From NCBI GenBank assembly GCA_016705125.1, contig JADIYW010000028.1, positions 192,041 through 256,040 of the forward strand: 64,000 nt of DNA. The letters are read 5' to 3'. Each line of letters starts with the position of its first letter. The first letter of the stretch is position 1. The notes under the pieces are model-generated. The model made no database searches. It was not told the DNA's origin and worked only from the letters and a program-made list of their open reading frames with translations. The position numbers were made by a program, and so were the translations under genes. Shown here piece after piece: positions 9,950 to 19,970 of the stretch. The stretch is from Bacteroidota bacterium (GTDB lineage: Bacteria; Bacteroidota; Bacteroidia; Chitinophagales; JADIYW01).

Positions 9950-12900
9950 TGAAATTCACCGAAGAAAAATTAGAACGAGCATTTACTGAGTTGTTGGGGC
10001 ACGAAGGCTTCCCTCACTATTTGGGCATTACGATAACTCGTAAGCCAGAAGAAGTATTGATAGAAGAAGATTTACAAAACTTTTTGTTATCTCAATACGC
10101 TGCACAAAGCATTACGGTAAACGAAATCAAATCTATTATTCTTCAACTCAAATCACTTTCTACTTCTGACCTTTACGAAAGCAATAAAACCTTTTTAAAA
10201 ATGCTTTCTGATGGTTTTATTCTCAAAAGAGAAGACCGCAACCAAAAAGACATTTACATTCAACTCATCAATTACGCTGGCTTAAACAAACACCGCCAAC
10301 CCGAAGCAGACCAACTCATTTCTATTTCAAGCGAATATGAATTACAATATTTAAATGACAATAACATTTACAAATTTGTAAACCAATTAGAAATAATTGG
10401 GTCAGAAAAACGCATTCCTGATGGGATTATTTATATTAATGGTTTGCCTTTAGTAGTGTTTGAATTCAAATCTGCCATTCGTGAAGAAGCTACTATTTAT
10501 GATGCTTTCAAGCAACTAACAATTCGTTATCGTAGAGATATTCCCGAGCTGTTTAAATACAATGCTTTTTGTGTTATTAGCGATGGCGTAAACAACAAAT
10601 CAGGTTCATTCTTTGCTCCGTATGAGTTTTTCTATGGTTGGCGAAGAGTAGCAGGTTTGGCAAAAGATGTGGACGGCATCGACAGTATGTTCACACTCAT
10701 TCAGGGAATGTTTCATAAAAACCGTTTGTGTGATATTATCCGCAACTTCATTTACATTCCTGATAGCTCAAAGAAAAACGAAAAAATTGTTTGTCGCTAT
10801 CCGCAATACTATGCTGCAAGAGCATTGTATGACAATATCAAGATAGCCCAAAAGCCCGAAGGAAACGGAAAAGGCGGAACTTACTTTGGTGCTACTGGTT
10901 GCGGAAAGAGTTTCACAATGCTTTATCTCACAAGGTTGTTGATGAAAAGCGAATACTTTGAAAGTCCAACCATTGTTTTAATTACAGATAGAACCGATTT
11001 GGACGACCAACTTTCTGGGCAATTTACCAATGCCAAAAATTTCATTGGCGACAATACGGTGGTTAGTGTAGAGAGCAGAGCCAACCTAAGAGAATTAATT
11101 CAAGGAAGACAAAGCGGTGGCGTTTTCTTAACCACCATTCACAAGTTTACAGAGGACACCCAATTGCTTACCGATAGACCCAATGTGATTTGCATTTCAG
11201 ATGAAGCACACAGAAGCCAAGTAAACCTTGACCAAAAAGTAAAAGTTACCGAGAAAGGCGTTACCAAAACGTATGGCTTCGCCAAATACTTACACGATTC
11301 ATTACCAAATGCCACTTTTGTTGGCTTTACAGGAACGCCAATTGATGCAACGCTTGATGTGTTTGGAAAAGTGGTAGATGCATACACAATGACGGAATCG
11401 GTGAAAGATGAAATCACGGTAAGAATTGTGTATGAAGGCAGAGCAGCAAAAGTGTTGTTGAATAATTCAAAACTCAAAGAGATTGAAGATTATTATGCTA
11501 AGTGTGCTGAGATAGGAAGCAACGAAAATCAGATTGAACAAAGCAAAAAAGAAATGGCACAGATGTATGCCATTATTGGCGACCCTGACCGTTTAAAAGC
11601 AGTTGCCGAAGATTTTGTAAACCATTATGAAAAAAGAGTTTCAGAAGGTTCAACCGTAAAAGGCAAAGCAATGTTTGTGTGCAGCACTCGTGAAATTGCT
11701 TATGAGTTGTATAAAAACATCATTGAAATAAAACCCGAATGGAACGAAATACGAGCAGCCGAAGAAGGTGCAGAACTTACCGACAAAGATAAACGAGAAC
11801 TGAAACCAATTGAACGAATTAAACTCATTGCTACCAGAGGACAAGATGATCCTAAGGAAATGTATGATTTGTTGGGAACAAAAGACCAACGCAAAGAATT
11901 AGACCGACAATTCAAAAACGAAAAATCGAATTTCAAAATCGCTATTGTAGTTGATATGTGGCTCACAGGATTTGATGTTCCTTTCTTAGATAGCATTTAC
12001 ATTGACAAACCGATTCAGCGACACAATTTAATTCAAACCATTTCAAGAGTAAACCGCAAGTTTGAAGGAAAGAATAAAGGTTTGGTAGTAGATTATATCG
12101 GCATCAAAACACAAATGAATTTGGCGTTGAAGCAATACAGCGAAGGCGACAAAGACAATTTCGAAGATATTGCTGAATCCATCATCATTGTAAGAAATCA
12201 TTTAGACCTTTTAGCTAAACTGTTTCACACGTTTGACAATTCAAAATATTTCAAAGGCACAACCATTCAGCAGTTAAACACTTTGAATTTAGCAGCCGAA
12301 TATGTGCAACAATCCAAAGAGTTTGAAACCCGATTTATGGGCTTGGTAAAGCGACTAAAAGCCGCTTATGATATTTGTGCAGGAAGCGAACAATTAACGC
12401 AGTTAGAAAGAGATTACACACATTTCTATTTGGCAGTTCGTTCCATAGTTTTCAAATTGACCAAAGGCAATGCACCCGACACAGCACAGATGAACGCCAA
12501 AGTTCGGGAAATGATAAAAGAAGCTTTGCAAAGTGAAGGAGTAGAAGAAATTTTCAAACTCGGTGACGAAGCAGAAACCGAACAAGACATTTTTGATGAA
12601 GATTATTTGGCGAAGATTGATAAAATCAAATTGCCGAATACCAAAATCAAATTGCTTCAACAGTTATTGGCTAAAGTGATTGCAGAAATCAAAAAAGTTA
12701 ATCGTGTAAAAGGAATTGACTTTACCAAAAAAATGCAAGCCTTGGTTGAACGCTACAACAACGAACGAAAAGAGGATGTTTTAGTAGGTCAGGTATTAGA
12801 AGATTTTGCAGACGAAATCACGAAGTTAATTTTAGAAGTTCACAAAGAATTTTCAGCTGGCGATATCTTAGGAATTGATTTTGAGGAAAAAGCATTCTAC

Positions 12901-13161
12901 GACATTCTGAAAGAATTATGTATAAAATACGACTTTAAATATCCAGACGACAAAATGATTGAACTGGCAAAAGCTGTGAAAGATTTAGTTGATGGACAAG
13001 CAAAATTCCCTGATTGGAACAAACGTGATGATATAAAATCAGCTTTAAAAGTTGGACTAATACTCTTACTTGACGAGTTTGGTTATCCACCAGTAGAAAG
13101 AGACGAAGTGTATGTAGAGATTTTTGAGCAGGCAGAAAACTTTAAAAAAAACCAGAGCTAA
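9949..13161 (+). CDS. hsdR: Type I restriction enzyme R subunit (helicase-nuclease)
   Basis: 1070 aa; N-terminal PD-(D/E)xK (DGIIYINGLPLVVFEFKS), Walker A GATGCGKSFTM, DEAH box ISDEAHRSQ, and motif VI-like QTISRVNR. Confidence 0.92.
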   Translation: MKFTEEKLERAFTELLGHEGFPHYLGITITRKPEEVLIEEDLQNFLLSQYAAQSITVNEIKSIILQLKSLSTSDLYESNKTFLKMLSDGFILKREDRNQKDIYIQLINYAGLNKHRQPEADQLISISSEYELQYLNDNNIYKFVNQLEIIGSEKRIPDGIIYINGLPLVVFEFKSAIREEATIYDAFKQLTIRYRRDIPELFKYNAFCVISDGVNNKSGSFFAPYEFFYGWRRVAGLAKDVDGIDSMFTLIQGMFHKNRLCDIIRNFIYIPDSSKKNEKIVCRYPQYYAARALYDNIKIAQKPEGNGKGGTYFGATGCGKSFTMLYLTRLLMKSEYFESPTIVLITDRTDLDDQLSGQFTNAKNFIGDNTVVSVESRANLRELIQGRQSGGVFLTTIHKFTEDTQLLTDRPNVICISDEAHRSQVNLDQKVKVTEKGVTKTYGFAKYLHDSLPNATFVGFTGTPIDATLDVFGKVVDAYTMTESVKDEITVRIVYEGRAAKVLLNNSKLKEIEDYYAKCAEIGSNENQIEQSKKEMAQMYAIIGDPDRLKAVAEDFVNHYEKRVSEGSTVKGKAMFVCSTREIAYELYKNIIEIKPEWNEIRAAEEGAELTDKDKRELKPIERIKLIATRGQDDPKEMYDLLGTKDQRKELDRQFKNEKSNFKIAIVVDMWLTGFDVPFLDSIYIDKPIQRHNLIQTISRVNRKFEGKNKGLVVDYIGIKTQMNLALKQYSEGDKDNFEDIAESIIIVRNHLDLLAKLFHTFDNSKYFKGTTIQQLNTLNLAAEYVQQSKEFETRFMGLVKRLKAAYDICAGSEQLTQLERDYTHFYLAVRSIVFKLTKGNAPDTAQMNAKVREMIKEALQSEGVEEIFKLGDEAETEQDIFDEDYLAKIDKIKLPNTKIKLLQQLLAKVIAEIKKVNRVKGIDFTKKMQALVERYNNERKEDVLVGQVLEDFADEITKLILEVHKEFSAGDILGIDFEEKAFYDILKELCIKYDFKYPDDKMIELAKAVKDLVDGQAKFPDWNKRDDIKSALKVGLILLLDEFGYPPVERDEVYVEIFEQAENFKKNQS

Positions 13162-13281
13162 TGAACCCACAAAGCTTTTACAAGCATTGTCAAACATTTA
13201 AAACATAGGCTTTTTTCCAAAATTGAAATATATTGTTTCTTTTCCATTTAATAAACAACAAAAAAACTAATCAACCTTAAA

Positions 13282-13824
13282 ATGAACCAAGACAAAGATT
13301 ACTTATTTACATCTCAACGGCTAGGTTTTAGAAATTGGGAATCGGCTGACATTGACGAATTACACAAAATTAATTCGGACAAAAAAGTTATGGAATTTTT
13401 TCCAAGTGTTTCTACAAGAAAACAAACGATTGAATTTATAGAAAAAATGAAAAGTCAATTTTCTGAGAAAGGATTTTGCTACTATGCAGTTGACAAATTA
13501 GATGACAAAAATTTTATTGGTTTTATTGGACTTTCTGAACAAACCTTTATTGCTGATTTTACGCCTTGTGTCGATATAGGTTGGAGAATAAAATATAGTG
13601 AGTGGAATAAGGGATTTGCAACAGAAGGTGCAATAAAATGCCTTCAATATGCTTTTGAGGTACTAAAAATAGAAGAAATATTTTCAATAGCACCAAAAAT
13701 CAACCTAAAATCGACACATATAATGGCAAAAATTGGACTTAAAAAGCAAAATGAATTTGAACATCCCTTGTTAAAAAACGATGCACGACTTAAAACTTGT
13801 GTATTATTTAAAATAGAAAAGTAG
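13282..13824 (+). CDS. GNAT family N-acetyltransferase (RimJ/RimL-like)
   Basis: 180 aa; RLGFRNWESADIDEL N-terminus and WNKGFATEG acetyl-CoA region typical of RimJ-like GNATs. Confidence 0.75.
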   Translation: MNQDKDYLFTSQRLGFRNWESADIDELHKINSDKKVMEFFPSVSTRKQTIEFIEKMKSQFSEKGFCYYAVDKLDDKNFIGFIGLSEQTFIADFTPCVDIGWRIKYSEWNKGFATEGAIKCLQYAFEVLKIEEIFSIAPKINLKSTHIMAKIGLKKQNEFEHPLLKNDARLKTCVLFKIEK

Positions 13825-13924
13825 AATTTCATTTTTTAAAAAAAATAAAAAAACGCTACTTTTACAATAGAAAGTAAAAATATAATTACATACTATCATT
13901 TTTTCCAAAATTAAAAAAGACATT

Positions 13925-14650
13925 TTGAAACCAATTTCATTTATTTTCCTTTCCTTTTTTATGCTTTTTGCTGGGTCGGCACAAGGGCAGGTTGCTAAGC
14001 TAATTATCGAACATTTAACTGGCGATTTTTACATATACACTACCTACAATACGTATAAAGAAAGTACGGTTCAAGCAAATGGAATGTACCTTGTTACCAA
14101 GGAGGGTGTTATAATGTTCGACACTCCGTGGGATTCCACACAATTTCAACCCTTGTTGGATAGCATAAAAATAAAACACAACAAGAATGTGATTATGGCA
14201 TTTGCTACACATTGGCATAACGACAAAACTGCCGGTTTGGAATATTACAAACAACAAGGCATAAAAACATTCACAACAACACTTACGGACGAATTAAGTA
14301 AAAAAAATGATGAAAAAAGAGCAGAATTTTTGATGACCAACGACACTATTTTTAATATTGGAGGATACTCATTTGAAACTTTTTTTCCAGGTGAAGGACA
14401 TACAATTGACAATATAATTATATGGTTTGAAAAAGAAAAAATCCTTTATGGTGGATGCCTAATAAAAGGAGCAAAAGCAAAGAATTTGGGCTATTTAGAT
14501 GATGGAAATAAATTAGCCTATGAGTCAACTTTAAAAAAAGTGGAAGAAAAATGCAAAAACCCTCAATATATTATTGTTGCACATAGTGATTGGAAAAATA
14601 TAAATTCATTAAAACACTCCATTAAATTAGCAAAAAAACTAAAAAAATAA
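13925..14650 (+). CDS. subclass B1 metallo-beta-lactamase (BlaB/IND-like), secreted
   Basis: 241 aa with a signal peptide. HWHND (H116-x-H118-x-D120), GEGHT (H196), GGCLIK (C221) and AHSDW (H263). Collinear with my recollection of Elizabethkingia BlaB. TTG start. Confidence 0.8.
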   Translation: MKPISFIFLSFFMLFAGSAQGQVAKLIIEHLTGDFYIYTTYNTYKESTVQANGMYLVTKEGVIMFDTPWDSTQFQPLLDSIKIKHNKNVIMAFATHWHNDKTAGLEYYKQQGIKTFTTTLTDELSKKNDEKRAEFLMTNDTIFNIGGYSFETFFPGEGHTIDNIIIWFEKEKILYGGCLIKGAKAKNLGYLDDGNKLAYESTLKKVEEKCKNPQYIIVAHSDWKNINSLKHSIKLAKKLKK

Positions 14651-14793
14651 AATACACCGCTCTCCTATTTTTTCAGTAATTTCAATACTGTTTTAAACCA
14701 ATTGCTCATATTAAGGTTTTTTATCTAAAAAAATTGGCAAGTTATTTGCATACAATCAAATGTTATCTTAATTTTAAGCAAAAATTTTAAACC

Positions 14794-15615
14794 ATGAAAA
14801 AAACATTTTTACTATTAGGGCTAGGTGCAATTGGTCTTTTTGCATTTAAAAAACCCGAATCAGAGTTGCAGGGAGTTGATATTATGTCGAAATCACTAGC
14901 CGCGATGGGTGCAGTGAAAACGATGAGCTACCATTTTTATGCTTCTGAAAGATTTAAAGACAATAAAATTGAAAAAGCAGACGTGGAATTTAGGGTTATC
15001 GCAAGTCCTTTGAAAGTATATGCAAATGCTCTAAAACCTGACGCAGCACAACTTAGATATGAACCAGCAGTTTCATCTGATGTAAATGTAAAAAAAGGCA
15101 TAAAAATAAACCTTAAACCTACTGCAGGTTTATTGTTAAAGCAACAACACAATCCAATTTATAAGGCTGGTTTTGCTTATATGAAAAAAGTATTAGATAA
15201 AAACCTTGCCTTACACAAAGGAGACGATTTATCAAAATTTGTAAAATTGGCTGGTTCTGTTACTTATGAAGGAAAAGATTGCCACAAAATAATTTTAACA
15301 GACCCTAACTATGGATTTGTGAATTATACAATTAAAGCGGGAGAAACAATTTGGAAAATAGCAGAGGCAAAAGCAATTCCTGAGTACAAAGTAAAAGAAT
15401 TGAACAATTGGATGGATTATGATGATATGGTTGCTGGAAAAACAATTAAAATCCCAACTGCTTATGCAAAGGTAACTACTTTATATATTGACAAGTCTAA
15501 TAATTTGCCAATTTATCAAAAAATGGAAGACGATAAAGGCATGTACGAAACGTATGAATTTAAAGAGTTGAAAGTAAACCCAACTTTTACTGCTACTGCG
15601 TTTGATTTCAAATAA
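14794..15615 (+). CDS. secreted protein with a LysM peptidoglycan-binding domain
   Basis: Signal peptide, plus a LysM-like IKAGETIWKIAEAKAIPEYKVKELNNW...AGKTIKIP segment. Confidence 0.55.
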   Translation: MKKTFLLLGLGAIGLFAFKKPESELQGVDIMSKSLAAMGAVKTMSYHFYASERFKDNKIEKADVEFRVIASPLKVYANALKPDAAQLRYEPAVSSDVNVKKGIKINLKPTAGLLLKQQHNPIYKAGFAYMKKVLDKNLALHKGDDLSKFVKLAGSVTYEGKDCHKIILTDPNYGFVNYTIKAGETIWKIAEAKAIPEYKVKELNNWMDYDDMVAGKTIKIPTAYAKVTTLYIDKSNNLPIYQKMEDDKGMYETYEFKELKVNPTFTATAFDFK

Positions 15616-15629
15616 TATATACGCTTAAA

Positions 15630-15663
15630 AAAAAGTCGTCAATTGTATTGGCGACTTTTTTTA
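15630..15663 (+). terminator. rho-independent terminator
   Basis: agtcgtcaat (15634-15643) pairs with attggcgact (15647-15656), with one G-T wobble. It is followed by T7 and preceded by an A-run. Confidence 0.6.
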
Positions 15664-15686
15664 TTTCAATCAACTAAAAACTAAAA

Positions 15687-16280
15687 GTGGCAAATCACAA
15701 ATATTATATTGTTTACAAACCATTTGGAATGCTTTCGCAGTTTACAACTGAAGCGCCAGGGCAAATCACCTTACGAAACCTAAAACACGTTTTTGAAACC
15801 GATATTTATCCAGTTGGAAGATTAGACAAAGATTCTGAAGGAATTTTATTGCTTACCAACGATAAAACAATAAACGATAGACTCTTAAACCCAAAAAACA
15901 AGCACAAAAGGACCTATTTAGTGCAAGTAGATGGAGCCGTTGAGCAAAATAAGTTAGCCTTATTTGAAAAAGAAATGGAAATTAGTATAGATGGAAAAAT
16001 GTATAAAACATTGCCGGCAAAAGCCAAAATTATAGCAGAACCAAATTTGCCACCGCGCCAACCTCCAATTAGAGTAAGATTAAATATCCCAACCACTTGG
16101 ATATCAATTGAATTAATAGAAGGCAAAAATCATCAGGTGAGAAAAATGACTGCAAAAATTGGTTATCCTACGCTCCGACTTGTAAGGAAAAGTATTGAAA
16201 AATTAGACCTCGGCGAATTGATGCCCGGAGAAACACAAGAAATTCCTAAAGAATTGTTATTAAATCTCTTAAAATTATAA
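15687..16280 (+). CDS. pseudouridine synthase, RsuA/RluE family
   Basis: 197 aa; catalytic GRLDKDSEGILLLTND motif and KNHQVRKM. Confidence 0.8.
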   Translation: MANHKYYIVYKPFGMLSQFTTEAPGQITLRNLKHVFETDIYPVGRLDKDSEGILLLTNDKTINDRLLNPKNKHKRTYLVQVDGAVEQNKLALFEKEMEISIDGKMYKTLPAKAKIIAEPNLPPRQPPIRVRLNIPTTWISIELIEGKNHQVRKMTAKIGYPTLRLVRKSIEKLDLGELMPGETQEIPKELLLNLLKL

Positions 16281-16330
16281 TGTTTTCTATTTTTGGGAAC
16301 ACTTTTTGAATTAAAATTATAAAAGAATTT

Positions 16331-17764
16331 ATGAAGCATTTGTACATTTTTTTATTTGCGTTTTTAACTTTTTCAGTTGCAAAAGGTCAACAGGATAAAG
16401 TCTTCGACATCACGTTCAAAATAAAAGGAGTAAAAAACGAAACTGCTATTTTGGGGTTTTATTATGGCGACAAAAAATTGATAGCCGACTCCATTAAATT
16501 TGACGAAAATGGTATTGGAAAAATCCAAGGCATAAAAGAAAATCTAACTGATGGTATTTATTTAGTCGTTTTTCCGAGTATGAAATATAGGTACTTTGAT
16601 TTTGTAATGAAAGAAAAAGTATATTCAATTAGCGGCGATACAGCTAATTTTGACAAATTAGAATCAAAAGGCTCAATTGAAAATGAAGTATTTTTTAAGG
16701 ATACCAAAGCGCTCGGACTTTTTCAATTTCAACTAATGGCAGCAAAAAAAAGTATGGATTCTGTTGCAAAAATTGATTCCTCAAAAGTTGCATTTTGGAA
16801 AGATAAAATTGAAGATATTCAAACGCAGCAAGAAAAACATAGAGCTGCAACTATTGCAAAATATCCTAATTTGTTTTATACAAAGGTGATAAAGATGCTT
16901 CACGAACCTGACATTGAAAAACCACTGAAAAGAGCTGATGGCACCTACGATTCTTTATATCCATTATTAAAAGCACGAAAAGATTTTCTAGCTGATATTG
17001 ATTTCAAGGATTCATGCATCATCAAAACACCAGTATTGTATAATAAGCTATTTACCTATATCAATAATTACTATTCGCCTGAGCCCGATTCGGTAATTGT
17101 GGCCTGTGATGAATTAATAGCTCAATCCAAAAACAGTAATCTCTATCAATTTCTTTGTGTCGAATTATTGAATAAATACGCCACAAGTGGCATAATGGGA
17201 CATGATGCTATTTATGTACATTTAGCTGAAAAATATTATTTACCTCGAAAAGCGACTTGGTCTGATTCAGCAACACTTGCCAAAATACAAGAAAGTGTTT
17301 TTTACCTCAAACCCACACTGATTGGTAGCTATGCGCCACGTATTACAGGGTTGAATAAAGACAGCACTAAAGCGGTGGTCATTGATTCAATTATTTTCAA
17401 ACACGACTTTACTATAATTGCATTTTGGGATCCTGAATGCAGTCATTGCAAAACAGAAATGCCTGTTCTTACCCGCCTTTGGAGAGATACACTACAATAT
17501 GATAAAATTGGTTTGGTAGGAGTATGTGTGGATAGAAACAAAGACAAAATGAATGATTTCATTGTTAAAAATGGAATTTCAGATCTTAAATATCAAATTT
17601 ATGACCCAACTGGTAAGGCAATTTGGAGGTCATACTACGACCTAAGAAGTACGCCACTAGTATTAATAGTAGATAAAAAAGGTAAAATTGTAGCAAAACG
17701 AATTGATGCTAAAGATATTTATTGGTATCTTGAAAATTGGAAAAAAGGACACCCTAATCCTTAA
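16331..17764 (+). CDS. secreted thioredoxin-fold (TlpA/AhpC-like) thiol-disulfide oxidoreductase with a long N-terminal domain
   Basis: Signal peptide; C-terminal FWDPECSHCK CxxC motif in a thioredoxin-like context. Confidence 0.6.
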   Translation: MKHLYIFLFAFLTFSVAKGQQDKVFDITFKIKGVKNETAILGFYYGDKKLIADSIKFDENGIGKIQGIKENLTDGIYLVVFPSMKYRYFDFVMKEKVYSISGDTANFDKLESKGSIENEVFFKDTKALGLFQFQLMAAKKSMDSVAKIDSSKVAFWKDKIEDIQTQQEKHRAATIAKYPNLFYTKVIKMLHEPDIEKPLKRADGTYDSLYPLLKARKDFLADIDFKDSCIIKTPVLYNKLFTYINNYYSPEPDSVIVACDELIAQSKNSNLYQFLCVELLNKYATSGIMGHDAIYVHLAEKYYLPRKATWSDSATLAKIQESVFYLKPTLIGSYAPRITGLNKDSTKAVVIDSIIFKHDFTIIAFWDPECSHCKTEMPVLTRLWRDTLQYDKIGLVGVCVDRNKDKMNDFIVKNGISDLKYQIYDPTGKAIWRSYYDLRSTPLVLIVDKKGKIVAKRIDAKDIYWYLENWKKGHPNP

Positions 17765-17771
17765 TAAATTA

Positions 17772-18545
17772 TTACGCTAATACATTCCAAATCAATAGAT
17801 AAAAAAGTAAAGCACCACCAAACTGGGTTGTAAAGTTGTCCCATCCATGCGGTGAAATGGCCTCCACAAAAGTAAGCACTAATGCTATAAAAACAATTTT
17901 TAGGATTACAAAATCAATTCCCATTTTATCAGCAAATAATGTACTAAGGAAAATACAAGAAATGCTTGCCATAAAAACAGCTAATGAACCTTCAAATGAC
18001 CTATAAGAAACAACAGCACTAAGTGAGGGAACTTTGTATTTATGTTTCCCCCATTTAGTGCCTATTGGTTCGGCAATGGCATCAGCCAAGCCAGTTACTA
18101 AATAACCTGCCATTGCACATATTGGAGGAAAGAAATAATTGGAAGCCAAACCTCCAAATAATGTCGCAAAATAGGGAATTATTATAAAGTATGTTTGTTT
18201 GGGTTCGTCTTTTTCTCTTGCAATGGCTTCGTATAAAATATTGTTTTTACCTCTTAATATGGCATAAATCAAGACCGCAGAAACACCCCAACCAAATACG
18301 AATAATCCGCCCAAAGCATATTTTAATTGAATAGCAGAAGCCGAAAAAAAGATGATAAAATGAAATAACTTCCTCGAATAGCCTGTCCTCCAATGATTAT
18401 TTTTTTTGAGCCATCCAGCAATAAAAAGTGCAAAAAAAGCGAAACAAAAACTTAGCGGTAAAAACCAAGCTATAAACGAAAAAGGTGGAATATTTGTATA
18501 AAAAAAATCAAAAATAGCAATAAGGATATCATTTAACTTATGCAT
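17772..18545 (-). CDS. polytopic membrane protein, possibly polyprenol/phytol-kinase-like
   Basis: 257 aa, multiple hydrophobic helices. The family assignment is weak. Confidence 0.35.
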   Translation of the reverse strand: MHKLNDILIAIFDFFYTNIPPFSFIAWFLPLSFCFAFFALFIAGWLKKNNHWRTGYSRKLFHFIIFFSASAIQLKYALGGLFVFGWGVSAVLIYAILRGKNNILYEAIAREKDEPKQTYFIIIPYFATLFGGLASNYFFPPICAMAGYLVTGLADAIAEPIGTKWGKHKYKVPSLSAVVSYRSFEGSLAVFMASISCIFLSTLFADKMGIDFVILKIVFIALVLTFVEAISPHGWDNFTTQFGGALLFYLLIWNVLA

Positions 18546-18551
18546 TCTAAT

Positions 18552-19415
18552 TTAAATTATACCATATTCTTTTATTCCAGTGAGTTCCATACTTTTTATC
18601 CATAGGTCTGAAGCATTTTTTTCGCTACGTGCAGCCATAGATGGAATTACCTTTTTACAATCTGAAAAATGTTCTCCTGTAATCCCTTCTACTGCATCTG
18701 AACTTGCCAAAAATATCGAAGTTGCTGCACCTTGGGCTGTTGTTTTCAATACATATTTACTTACCTTGGCAGTAAAAAAACTATAAAAAAAAGAACCTGA
18801 AATGCCAAAATTAGAAGCAATTGTACCTGGATGAAGGCTATTAACTGTAATATTAGTTTTCTCCAATTCTTTAGCTAAATATCTAGTAAACAATATATTA
18901 CACAACTTAGACAAGCCATAAGTGCCAAACTGAGAAAAATTCTTTTCCGCATTCAGATTATTAATATCAAAACCAGTAAACCGATGCGCCATAGATGCTA
19001 CGTTTACAATTCGCGCCTTTTTAGCCTTTTTTAAAGCTGGTAAAAGGTAATGGGTTGTCAAAAAATAACCCAAATGGTTAACACCAAACATCCATTCAAA
19101 TCCATCAGGAGTAATTTGTTTCTCACTAAGCACCAATCCAGCATTATTTACCAAAACATCGAGATGGTCGTATTTCTTGTAAAAATCTTCGCTAAATGCC
19201 TTTATAGATTGATGCCTTGAAAAATCGCATAGCATCAAGTCAATATTCTGATTTCCCGTAATGGCAATCAAATCTTGCTGAGCTGCGTAACCTTTAGCTT
19301 CATCTCTGCACACCAAAATAATGGTAGCCCTTTTCAAAGCCAATGCCTTTGCCGTTTCCTTACCAATGCCAGAATTAGCACCAGTAACCACTATTATTTT
19401 ATTTTCAAAAGACAT
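18552..19415 (-). CDS. short-chain dehydrogenase/reductase (SDR)
   Basis: VTGANSGIGKETA (TGxxxGxG), NNAG, and YxxxK (YGLSKLC). Confidence 0.8.
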   Translation of the reverse strand: MSFENKIIVVTGANSGIGKETAKALALKRATIILVCRDEAKGYAAQQDLIAITGNQNIDLMLCDFSRHQSIKAFSEDFYKKYDHLDVLVNNAGLVLSEKQITPDGFEWMFGVNHLGYFLTTHYLLPALKKAKKARIVNVASMAHRFTGFDINNLNAEKNFSQFGTYGLSKLCNILFTRYLAKELEKTNITVNSLHPGTIASNFGISGSFFYSFFTAKVSKYVLKTTAQGAATSIFLASSDAVEGITGEHFSDCKKVIPSMAARSEKNASDLWIKSMELTGIKEYGII

Positions 19416-19494
19416 TGCAACTAATTTTTACAAATATACAAAAAAACACTCCAAACTCATTTTCGATGTATTTAAATTATCTTAAAAAGCAAAA

Positions 19495-19515
19495 GCCACA
19501 CTAAAATAGTGTGGC
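19495..19515 (-). terminator. rho-independent terminator hairpin downstream of the SCP2 gene
   Basis: gccacact / aaaat / agtgtggc is a perfect 8-bp stem, and T-rich tracts follow on both strands. Confidence 0.5.
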
Positions 19516-19542
19516 CATTTTATTTTTATCGTTAAATGACGA

Positions 19543-19878
19543 TTAAACTTCTAAATCGTTAAACATGGTAAGAAATTTAAGCATAGCACCTAAATTGCTA
19601 ATTTTAATTTTACCCATCATTACTGCCATTTGCTTATTGGTACGACCCAATTCTGCGTCTTCAAAATCGGTGGCCAATGACCGAATTACACAATCTGCTT
19701 CGCCTTCCAATCCTTCTACTGAAGTACAAACACCGTTTGCAACTGTAATTGTAAAATTACCTCCTGTTTCGCCTTCCAATTCGAAGTGAAAACGACCAGT
19801 TTCGTCGGCTGCTGAATCGGCTTTAAAGCGACTAGGCATGCCCAATATCATTTCTTTTGCTGTAGTAGGTAAACTCAT
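19543..19878 (-). CDS. SCP2 sterol/lipid-carrier domain protein
   Basis: 111 aa; MPSRFKADSA...GKIKISNLGAMLKF resembles the C-terminal domains of the two ACAD genes in this window. Confidence 0.7.
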   Translation of the reverse strand: MSLPTTAKEMILGMPSRFKADSAADETGRFHFELEGETGGNFTITVANGVCTSVEGLEGEADCVIRSLATDFEDAELGRTNKQMAVMMGKIKISNLGAMLKFLTMFNDLEV

Positions 19879-19941
19879 AATTTTTATTTAATTTTTATTT
19901 CACCAAAGATAAATAAACAATTTTTAATTATCCAAATTTTT

Positions 19942-19960
19942 CCAAACGTTTGTTTGGTAA
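19942..19960. promoter_or_regulatory. CCAAACGTTTG-TTTGGTAA element related to the liu-cluster palindrome
   Basis: Shares CCAAACGTTTG with 25664-25677. Lies upstream of the SCP2-SDR genes on the minus strand. Confidence 0.3.
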
Positions 19961-19970
19961 AATTTTTTGC

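Noticed and set aside
11139-11477. 112-aa antisense ORF inside hsdR. Similar shadow or alternative-frame ORFs lie at 1139-1381, 4370-4603, 5694-5981, 5738-5977, 9553-9846, 26012-26308, 31804-32118 and 59238-59576.
   Set aside because: Each lies entirely within a longer ORF that has strong family motifs. The compositions look like antisense or off-frame translation, and none has a motif of its own.
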